DNA of 64,000 nucleotides from an uncultured Spirochaetales bacterium (GTDB taxonomy: Bacteria; Myxococcota_A; UBA9160; SMWR01). The DNA lies in assembly GCA_964624475.1 (NCBI GenBank), contig CAZUYC010000015.1, forward strand, positions 9,124 to 73,123, written 5' to 3'. Positions 8,714-16,311 of this stretch are shown in pieces. Made by a program: the position numbers and the translations under genes. The notes below the pieces were generated by a model. That model was not told the origin of the DNA. It was given only the letters and a program-made list of their open reading frames with translations, and searched no databases. Within the stretch, counting starts at the first letter, position 1; the number at the start of each line of letters is the position of its first letter.

Positions 8714-10537
8714 TCATCGAGTGCCAGCAAGAGGGGGCTGCGGACGCGGCGTGAAGGTCGGGGCCGACGCTGCTTCCGAGAACGCGATCCTTCCACCGAG
8801 GATCGTGTAGACCACCCGCGCCGTGGGAATCTCGTCCGCGGGAATCGCGGTGATGTCCTTGGAGAGGACGGTGATGTCGGCGAGCTTGCCCGGGGTGATC
8901 GACCCCTTCTGGTGCTCCTCGAAGGCGGCATGGGCATTGTCGATCGTGTAGGAGCGCAGGGCCTCCAGCGGCGTCATCGACTGCTCCGGGTGGAAGGACG
9001 CGCCATTCGACATCTTCCGCGTCACCGAGGCGTGGAAGCTCGCGATAGGATCCACGTCCTCGACGGGGGCGTCGCTCCCGTTGGTGACGAGCGCGCCGGC
9101 GTCGATCAGGCTGCGCCACACGTAGGAGAGTTGGCCGGCGCGCGCCTCGCCCAGGCGCTGCGGCAGCCAGGGTCCGTCCGAGGCGGCGTGGACCCCCTGC
9201 ATCGAGGCGATCACGCCGAGCGCGGCGAAGCGCGGTACGTCCGCGGGGTCGAGGTGCTGGGCGTGCTCGATGCGCCAGCGCAGATCGGTGAGATCCGGGT
9301 GCTGCCGGAAGATCCGCTCGTAGACGTCCAGGACCTCCCGGTTGGCCCGGTCGCCGATGGCGTGGGTGTTCAGCTGGAAGCCGTGCCGGATGGCGATCCG
9401 GGCGGTCTCTTCGATCCTGGCCGGCGGGTCCAGCACCAGGCCGGTGCTGCCGGGCATGTCGCTGTAGGGCTCGAGCAGCCAGGCGCCGTGGGACCCGAGG
9501 GCGCCGTCGATCATGCGCTTGATCGATCGCACCGCCAGGAAGGCGTTGGCCTCGGGAAGGATCCGGTAGTCGGGGAGCCGCTCGGCCAGCTTCTCGTTGG
9601 TCTCCTCCAGGCCCACCATCACGTACAGGCGCACCGGCAGGGCGCCCTCCTCGGCCCAGGCCCGGAAGCGGTCGATCTCTTCGAAGCTCGCGCCGGCGTC
9701 CTGGAAGGAGGTGATGCCCTTCGACAGGGCTTCCCGCCCGGCCAGCTCCATCATGCGCCGGGCCTCGGCCGCCCGCTCCTCCGGGGGACGTCTCTGGTTC
9801 CACGCGGCGATCGGGGCCTCGACCAGGCCCTCCGCCGCCTCTCGCAGCAGGCCCGTGGGGCTCCCTTGGGCGTCGCGGACGATCGTGCCGCCGGGCGGGT
9901 CGGGTGTGTCTGCATCGATGCCGGCGAGCTCGAGCGCAGCGGCGTTGGCGAAGATCGCGTGGCCGCTGGCGTGGGCGAGACTCACGGGGTTCTCGGGGGA
10001 CGCCTCGGAGAGGGCGTGGTGCAGCGGAACGCCGTCGACGCTCGGCCGGGGCGCCTCCGTCCACTTCTCCTGGTGCCAGCCGCTGCCGAAGATCCAGTCG
10101 CCGGGCCGGGCCGCCCGGGCCGCCTTGCCCACCCGCTCGACGATCTCGCCCCAGGTCGTGGCATGCCCCAGGTCGAGGACCGTCTTCGCCCACCCGAGGC
10201 TCATGTAGTGGCCGTGGCCCTCGATGAAGCCGGGAATGGCCAGACGGCCCTCGAGCTCGATCACCTCGGTACCCGGGCCGACGCGAGCGTCGATCTCGCG
10301 GTTGCTGCCGACCGCCACGATCCTGTAGCCCTCTATGGCGATGGCCTCCGCCTCGGGCACGGCGTCGTCGACGGTGACGACCCGGCCCCCCCGCAGCACG
10401 AGGTCGGCAGGCAGGGTCCGCTCCGAGGGGGCACAACCCGGGATGGCGACCGCTAGCGCGAGGCACAGAGCCACGACGGCGAAGCCGGATCCATGATCCC
10501 TTCCCTCAGCGCGAGGAGACGCTCTTGATTCCCTCAT
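8714..10537 (-). CDS. Amidohydrolase-3 / YtcJ-like metal-dependent hydrolase, lipoprotein
   Basis: Frame of ORF 8714..10603, start at ATG 10537 (..VVALCLALAVAIPGCAP lipobox). Motifs ..AIPGFIEGHGHY.., ..HAIGDRA.., ..GSDAPVE... Confidence 0.85.
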   Translation of the reverse strand: MRESRASPRAEGRDHGSGFAVVALCLALAVAIPGCAPSERTLPADLVLRGGRVVTVDDAVPEAEAIAIEGYRIVAVGSNREIDARVGPGTEVIELEGRLAIPGFIEGHGHYMSLGWAKTVLDLGHATTWGEIVERVGKAARAARPGDWIFGSGWHQEKWTEAPRPSVDGVPLHHALSEASPENPVSLAHASGHAIFANAAALELAGIDADTPDPPGGTIVRDAQGSPTGLLREAAEGLVEAPIAAWNQRRPPEERAAEARRMMELAGREALSKGITSFQDAGASFEEIDRFRAWAEEGALPVRLYVMVGLEETNEKLAERLPDYRILPEANAFLAVRSIKRMIDGALGSHGAWLLEPYSDMPGSTGLVLDPPARIEETARIAIRHGFQLNTHAIGDRANREVLDVYERIFRQHPDLTDLRWRIEHAQHLDPADVPRFAALGVIASMQGVHAASDGPWLPQRLGEARAGQLSYVWRSLIDAGALVTNGSDAPVEDVDPIASFHASVTRKMSNGASFHPEQSMTPLEALRSYTIDNAHAAFEEHQKGSITPGKLADITVLSKDITAIPADEIPTARVVYTILGGRIAFSEAASAPTFTPRPQPPLAGTR

Positions 10538-12303
10538 CTCGCCCCCGGACGGTCGTCTTCCTGATCGCAGCCGCCGCGCTCGCGGCGGCGGTGCTCGGAT
10601 CATGCGGCCTGCCGCTCCGGTCCGGCAATGGCCCGCGCCCCATCGGGGCCATCGAGGAGCTCTACCAGGAGGCGCGCGCGCTCCGGGACGAGATCGACGT
10701 GACGCGCAGCCGCGGCTCGACCACGACGACGGCGGGCGTGGCGCTCACGGACGTCGTCGTGCGGTACGAGGGCGCCCGGGCCGAGCTGGAGCGGGTCCTC
10801 CTGGCCGGTGCCGCTCCGCCGCTCTCGCAGCAGGACGATCGCGCCCTGGAGGTCATGCGACGAACGCTCGCCAGCGAGCTCGTCCCGGAGGAGGTCGCGC
10901 GGGCGTCGGCCGGCAGCGGGGCCGGCGCGGAGGAGGAGGTCGACTGCCGCTACGACCCGCAGCTCGTGGCGAACGCAGAGGACGGGTATGCGGCGCTCTC
11001 GAAGCGGATCTACGCCTGCTTCTCGACAGCGGCCCACTCGCTCTCGTTCGAGGGTGAGGCGATGGATCGGTTGACGGTCTTCGGGCTGCTGGCGCTCCTC
11101 GACGACCCGTCCCGGCGCGAGGAGCTGTGGATGGCCTTTGCGCCGATCTGGCAGGCGGTGAACGGCGACAACGGGCCACGCAGCCCCTACCGGACGCTCG
11201 TCCGCAAGAACAGCGCGCGCCTCCGGGACCAGGGCGAGCGACTCGGCGAGGCGGTGCAGGACATCGGCGTCGAGCCGGCGGTGATGGAGGAGTGGCTCGC
11301 CCGGGTGCTGCAGCAGTGGCACGACGTCACGCCCGACACGCCGATCGAGCCGTGGGATTTCGCGTACGAGGCCGGCCGGGGCACCCGGGCGCTCGGCGCG
11401 AGGATCCCGCGCGAGTCCCTGCGGCCGATCAACGACCGTTTCTACCGCGATCTCGGGGCCGACCCGGCGGCGCTCGAGGTGCACTACGACCTCGAGCCCC
11501 GGGCGAGCAAGGATCCGGTGGCGTTCACGACCTTCGGTCGCCGGCCGCAGACGCGCGGCGACGCGGTGATCCCCGGAGAGCCGTGGGTCTTCGCCTCCTA
11601 CCAGATGGGGGGACTCGACAATCTGCTCGAGCTGCTGCACGAGACGGGGCACGCCGTCCACATCGCCGCCATCCGTACGCGCCCCGCCTTCAGCGACTGG
11701 CCGGACAGCGACGTCTTCACGGAGGGGATCGCCGACATCGCCGCCCTGGAGCTCTACGAACCGGCGTGGCAGCAGCGCTACCTGGGGGCCTCCGTGCCGA
11801 TCGAGGCGGGGATCGCGGCCAAATACGCCGGCATCGTCATGGACATCGCCTGGGCGCTCTTCGAGGTCCAGATGCACCGCGAGCCGGAGCGCGATCCGAA
11901 CGAGGTGTGGACCGAGATCACCCGGAGCTACTTCCGGATCGAGCCCCACCCCGATCTGGCCTGGTGGGCCGTCCGCGGCCAGCTCGTGGGCGCGCCCGGC
12001 TACATGATGAACTACGCAGCCGGCGCGATCCTCGCCGCCGATTTCCGAGCGCGCATCCGCGAGCTGCACGGCTCCCCTACCGAAGGGGACGCTGGCTGGT
12101 ACGAGCGGGTGGCGCGAAGCCTGTACCGCTTCGGCCTCGAGAAGCCCTCGAAGGACGTGATCGAGGACTTCCTCGGCCGGCCGGTCTCGCCCCAGGCGCT
12201 CCTCGACGACATGGCGCGGGCGGTCGCCGGCGATGGGGATCGGATCCCGCTGCGAGTGCCCGCGGAAGAGCGCGGCGGATCGTCCGCTCGCCCGCTAGGG
12301 TGA
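10525..12303 (+). CDS. Zinc metallopeptidase (gluzincin, M2/M3-like), lipoprotein
   Basis: TTG start. Signal and lipobox FLIAAAALAAAVLGSCG. HETGHAVH (HExxH) is followed about 25 aa later by FTEGIADIAAL, reminiscent of the HEMGH...EAIGD arrangement. Confidence 0.8.
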   Translation: MIPSSRPRTVVFLIAAAALAAAVLGSCGLPLRSGNGPRPIGAIEELYQEARALRDEIDVTRSRGSTTTTAGVALTDVVVRYEGARAELERVLLAGAAPPLSQQDDRALEVMRRTLASELVPEEVARASAGSGAGAEEEVDCRYDPQLVANAEDGYAALSKRIYACFSTAAHSLSFEGEAMDRLTVFGLLALLDDPSRREELWMAFAPIWQAVNGDNGPRSPYRTLVRKNSARLRDQGERLGEAVQDIGVEPAVMEEWLARVLQQWHDVTPDTPIEPWDFAYEAGRGTRALGARIPRESLRPINDRFYRDLGADPAALEVHYDLEPRASKDPVAFTTFGRRPQTRGDAVIPGEPWVFASYQMGGLDNLLELLHETGHAVHIAAIRTRPAFSDWPDSDVFTEGIADIAALELYEPAWQQRYLGASVPIEAGIAAKYAGIVMDIAWALFEVQMHREPERDPNEVWTEITRSYFRIEPHPDLAWWAVRGQLVGAPGYMMNYAAGAILAADFRARIRELHGSPTEGDAGWYERVARSLYRFGLEKPSKDVIEDFLGRPVSPQALLDDMARAVAGDGDRIPLRVPAEERGGSSARPLG

Positions 12304-12308
12304 GGCGC

Positions 12309-13754
12309 ATGAACGACCCCGTCGACCCCCTCGGCCTGCGCAAGGACGCCCCGCTCCTCGATGCATGGCTCGCCTTTCGCAGCGCCGGCAACGCGCCGTT
12401 CAGCACTCCGGGGCACAAGCAGCGGACGAACCTCGTCGGTCCGGTGGTGCTCGACGACATTCCCCTCTACGGAGGGGTCGACACGGTTCGCCAACAGGCG
12501 GGCGTGCTCGCCGACGCCGAGCGCAGGCTGGCGCGGCTCTTTGGCGCGGAGTGGGGACGCATCTCGGTGGGCGGCTCCACGCACGGCAACCAGACGCTCG
12601 TGCTCGCGCTGTGTCGGCCCGGCGACCAGGTGATCGTCACGCGAAACCTGCACCGCTCGCTCCTGCTCGGCATGGTCCTGGCCGGGGTGACCCCCGTGTG
12701 GGTGCGCCCCGACGTCGACCCGACCACCGCCCTGCCCACCCGTGTACCCGTCGACCGCGTCGAGCGGGCGTTCGCCGAGCACCCGGCGAGCCGAGCGGTC
12801 TTCCTGGTGGAGCCGACCTGGGTCGGCACGCTGTCGGACGTAGCCGGTCACGCCGAGGTCGCCCACGCGCACGGCGTCCCGCTCGTGGTGGACCAGGCCT
12901 GGGGCGCCTACTTCGGATTCCACCCCGGCGTGCCCCGCCACGCGCTGCAGGCGGGCGCGGACGCGCTGGTGACGAGCGCGCACAAGACGCTGCCCGCGTA
13001 CACGCAGTCCGCGCTGGTGCTGGCGCAAACCTCGCGGATCGACGCCGACCGCCTCGACCGCGCCTTCGAGGCGACGGCCACCACGAGCCCGTCCGGCACC
13101 ATCGCGGCGAGCGCCGATGCGGCGCGAGCGCTGCTGGCGCGGGACGGAGAGCGGCTGCTCGGGCACCTGCTGCGGATCGTCGATCACGCCCGCGAGCGGC
13201 TCCGGAAGGTGCGCGGGCTCGTGCTCCTCGACGACGTCGTCGACCGGAGGGTCCACCTCGATCGCGCGAAGCTCGCCATCAACATCTCTGGTACCGGTGC
13301 GACCGGCCTCGCGCTCGAGGACGACCTGGTGGCTGCCGGGACGCCGGTCGAGCTCGCCGACCGCGACACCGTCGTCCCGATCATCTCGATGAACGACGAC
13401 CAGGGGACGGTCGACCGCTTCGTGAACGCCCTCGTGGCGTCGATCGAGCGGCACCGCTCGGCACCGCGGAAGGTGCTGCCGTCGATCTCGTGGACGGTGG
13501 AGCCGCAGGTCGTGATGTTGCCGCGCGACGCCTACTTCGCTAAACACTGTACGGTGTCGGCCGAGGAGGCGATCGGCCGCGTGTCGGCCGAGCTCGTGGC
13601 GCCGTACCCGCCCGGGATCCCCGTGCTCGCGCCGGGGGAACGCATCACGCGCGAGGCGATCGAGGGGCTCCTGCGCGCGCTGGCCGACGGCACGCAGGTG
13701 CGCTACGCCGCGGACCGCACCCTGCGCACGTTCCAGGTCGTCGCGGACACCTGA
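12309..13754 (+). CDS. Orn/Lys/Arg decarboxylase family PLP enzyme (fold type I)
   Basis: ATG 12309 lies in frame within ORF 11127..13754, 5 nt after the upstream stop. Motifs ..FSTPGHKQ.., ..GGSTHGNQ.., ..DQAWGAY.., ..SAHKTLPA.. (PLP lysine). Confidence 0.85.
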   Translation: MNDPVDPLGLRKDAPLLDAWLAFRSAGNAPFSTPGHKQRTNLVGPVVLDDIPLYGGVDTVRQQAGVLADAERRLARLFGAEWGRISVGGSTHGNQTLVLALCRPGDQVIVTRNLHRSLLLGMVLAGVTPVWVRPDVDPTTALPTRVPVDRVERAFAEHPASRAVFLVEPTWVGTLSDVAGHAEVAHAHGVPLVVDQAWGAYFGFHPGVPRHALQAGADALVTSAHKTLPAYTQSALVLAQTSRIDADRLDRAFEATATTSPSGTIAASADAARALLARDGERLLGHLLRIVDHARERLRKVRGLVLLDDVVDRRVHLDRAKLAINISGTGATGLALEDDLVAAGTPVELADRDTVVPIISMNDDQGTVDRFVNALVASIERHRSAPRKVLPSISWTVEPQVVMLPRDAYFAKHCTVSAEEAIGRVSAELVAPYPPGIPVLAPGERITREAIEGLLRALADGTQVRYAADRTLRTFQVVADT

Positions 13755-13785
13755 GCCGGGCCCGACCGGGCCAGAGCGGGGAAGA

Positions 13786-13873
13786 GCGGGGACGGTCTTC
13801 AGATGTTTCGAATATTCAGATTCTCCCCAGAGGGCGAATCTGAATAAGCCAAACATCTGAAGACCGTCCCCGC
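13786..13873. repeat. 88-nt extended AT-richer hairpin between convergent genes (possible bidirectional terminator or MITE/REP-type element)
   Basis: A perfect 23-bp outer stem (13786-13808 with 13851-13873) and a perfect 11-bp inner stem (13813-23 with 13836-46), around a 12-nt apical region. It is preceded by the tandem 10-mer agagcgggga x2 (13773-13792). Confidence 0.7.
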
Positions 13874-13885
13874 CCTGCCTATGAC

Positions 13886-13929
13886 CTCCGCGCGCCTTCG
13901 GCTCGCTGCGCGCGCCTTTCGGCGCTTGC
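13886..13929 (+). repeat. REP-like intergenic element, copy A
   Basis: ctccgcgcgccttcggCTCGCTGCGCGcgcc, then hairpin gcgcc-tttc-ggcgc, then ttgc. It shares the 11-mer CTCGCTGCGCG and overall architecture with copies at 34043, 40848 and 56079/56141. Confidence 0.6.
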
Positions 13930-13952
13930 TCGGTCCGGCCTTCCGGCGGCGG

Positions 13953-15893
13953 CTACTGGTAGTCGCGCGGGATCTTCTCCTCCCAGGTCTTCTCGCGCAC
14001 GAGCGCGCCGTCCCGGAGCAGGCGCCGGGTGTAGCTCAGGGTGAAGTTCTCGAGGTCGCTGCGGAACCACGCGCGCGCCTCCCAGACGAGCGTGCGGTCC
14101 GGGAGCTCGACCGTCGTGCGGTACTCGCCGCGGACGGAGGTCGCTTCCGGATGATCGTCGCTGGCCTCGTGGGTGATCGTCTCCTCGAAGCGCTCCGTGC
14201 CCCAGGGGTAGCGGCTGCCGCCGCTGTTGCGGGCCGTCACCCTCGTCGTCCGGCTCTGCGGGTTGCGGTCGATCGAGGAGATCTCGCCGTATCCCGAGAC
14301 GGTCCCGGCGTCGAGGGTCTCGAAGCCCGGCAGCTGCGGGTCCTCCTCCGGGGGGGCGAAATCCGGCCGGGGCCGCCTTCCCTCGGGCACGACCGGGAGC
14401 ACGAGCCTCGTGGGTTCGTCGCCACCCAGGCGGAGCGAGGTGGTCATCGGGTAGGGGGTCGGCCAGAGCATCGGCCACTGGGAGTTGTTGATCGCGAGCC
14501 GCATCCGGTGCCCCTTCGGGAAGACCCATGACGTGAAGTGCATCTCGATGTCCAGGGAGACCTGCCGCCCGGGCACGAGTGGCTCGGGCTGCCTGGCCGA
14601 TTCGCGGTGCGCCCCGTTCATTCCGGCGCCCGCGACCTGCGTGACCGTGCCGTCGGGCGCGACATCGGAGAGGCGCGCGAACCAGTGGGCCAGCGGCGCG
14701 TCGGCCGACACCTGGAGGAGCGCCCGGGGGAGCCCCAGGATCTCCAGCTCCTCCTCCAGGGGCTCCGTGTCATAGACGAGGCTCATGGCGTCCGTCGGCC
14801 TCTGATCGTGGGCCGCGTCTCCCCACCACATCACGGGGCCGCCGGCTTCCACACCGGCCGTCGGGACGTAGCGAAGCCGGTGCGTGGCGGCGTCGGGGGC
14901 CTTCGCGCCGAGGCCATGGTCCGGCTGCGGGTAGAGCGTCCGCGCGCGGATGCGCTCGATCGGCCAGCCCTCCTCGAAGCGCCACTCCCCATCGACCTCT
15001 TCCAGGACGGGGCCCGGAGGGTGCCAGCGGCGCACGTACAGCGCGAAGCGCGGCTCGTCCAGGATCCCGGTGTCGCGCCCCTTGAGCCAGTGGTCGTACC
15101 AGCGCACCGCCTCGCGCCGCCACTCGATGCGCGGCTTCGGCTCGGCATCGTGCGGGAAGAAGTGGGACCACGGCCCGACGATCGCCTTCACGGGCGCCTT
15201 CACGTGCTCGAGCATGCGCGGCACGCTGTCGCGGTAGCCGTCGTACCAGCCGCCGATCACGAAGGTGGGGACGCGGATCGCGTCGTAGCGCGACCTCAGC
15301 GCCGTCCGGTCCCAGAACGGCCCGTCGCGCTGCTGGCGCTTGTAGGTCAGCATCCAGGGCCTCGTCTCGAAGCGGTTCCGGAAGTACGCCTCGTCGATCG
15401 CGTAGTCCGGCGCGCCGGGCCGCGCGTTGTCCAGGTCCTGGCTCATCTCCCACGAATCGACGTGCAGGATGCCGTCCATGAAGTGCACGTCGTCCTGGTA
15501 CAGGTCGTCGGTGGCGTCCACCGCGACGATCGCGCCGAGGGCGGGCGGGTTGCGCATCGCCATGTGGATCGAGTTGAAGCCTCCCCAGGAGATGCCGAAC
15601 ATGCCGACCTTGCCGCTCGAGAAGGGCTGCTTCGAGAGCCAGTCGATCACGAACTCGCCGTCTTCCTGCTCCTGATCGGTGTACTCGTACTCGATCAGCC
15701 GGCCCTCGCTGTTGCCGGTGCCCCGGATGTCGACGCGGGCCACGACGTAGCCGCGCCGCACGAAGTAGGAGTAGAGCGCGTGGTTCCGGGCCCGGGACTC
15801 GGCCTTGCGGTACGGAAGGTATTCGAGCAGCACCGGGTAGCGTTCGCCGGCCGCCCCTCCCGTCGGGACGAAGAGGTCCGCCGCCAGCCGCAC
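13953..15893 (-). CDS. CocE/NonD family hydrolase (S15 X-Pro dipeptidyl-peptidase type); true start probably upstream
   Basis: 646-aa ORF from GTG 15893, with ..GTGNSEG.. and GISWGGF (Ser nucleophile). The frame stays open upstream and encodes ..HRCVVVTAALLALADASPAAADEPSPPAYGIDLEEAWIPLPDG.. (signal-like), with no ATG/GTG/TTG. The nearest candidate is CTG at 16082. Confidence 0.85.
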   Translation of the reverse strand: MRLAADLFVPTGGAAGERYPVLLEYLPYRKAESRARNHALYSYFVRRGYVVARVDIRGTGNSEGRLIEYEYTDQEQEDGEFVIDWLSKQPFSSGKVGMFGISWGGFNSIHMAMRNPPALGAIVAVDATDDLYQDDVHFMDGILHVDSWEMSQDLDNARPGAPDYAIDEAYFRNRFETRPWMLTYKRQQRDGPFWDRTALRSRYDAIRVPTFVIGGWYDGYRDSVPRMLEHVKAPVKAIVGPWSHFFPHDAEPKPRIEWRREAVRWYDHWLKGRDTGILDEPRFALYVRRWHPPGPVLEEVDGEWRFEEGWPIERIRARTLYPQPDHGLGAKAPDAATHRLRYVPTAGVEAGGPVMWWGDAAHDQRPTDAMSLVYDTEPLEEELEILGLPRALLQVSADAPLAHWFARLSDVAPDGTVTQVAGAGMNGAHRESARQPEPLVPGRQVSLDIEMHFTSWVFPKGHRMRLAINNSQWPMLWPTPYPMTTSLRLGGDEPTRLVLPVVPEGRRPRPDFAPPEEDPQLPGFETLDAGTVSGYGEISSIDRNPQSRTTRVTARNSGGSRYPWGTERFEETITHEASDDHPEATSVRGEYRTTVELPDRTLVWEARAWFRSDLENFTLSYTRRLLRDGALVREKTWEEKIPRDYQ

Positions 15894-16177
15894 GCCGTCC
15901 GGTAGCGGAATCCACGCCTCCTCCAGATCGATCCCGTAGGCCGGAGGCGAGGGCTCATCCGCCGCGGCCGGGGAAGCGTCCGCTAGGGCGAGCAGGGCAG
16001 CCGTGACGACGACGCAGCGATGGATGGCGAGCGGGCCACCTTCACGGAGAGATCGGGGTGCGATGCCGGTGGGGCCCGTCAGAGTCGCTCCGACAGGGAC
16101 AGGGGCTTCCGCAGCCGTCGAGCGAGGCGTCCAAGCGCGGCCCGGTTCGATCCTTCGCGGGGGAGGAACCGGCGGAC

Positions 16178-16310
16178 ATGCCCGATCTCCCTCGCTCGCG
16201 TCGCCTCTTCTGGCCGCAGCTCATGCGCCGCGTCTTCGCGATCGACGTGCTCGGGTGTCCGCGCTGCGGCGGCGAGATGAGGATCCTCGCGGCGATCCAT
16301 CCGCCGGGCG
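16178..16310 (+). pseudogene. Relic of an IS91-family (Y2 HUH) transposase C-terminus
   Basis: The frame of ORF 16058..16777 reads ..MPDLPRSRRLFWPQLMRRVFAIDVLGCPRCGGEMRILAAIHPPG... This matches my memory of the conserved C-terminal zinc-ribbon block of IS91-type transposases. No upstream catalytic domain is present, and the fragment ends exactly at the stop of the minus-strand Sel1 gene. Confidence 0.5.
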
Positions 16311-16311
16311 C

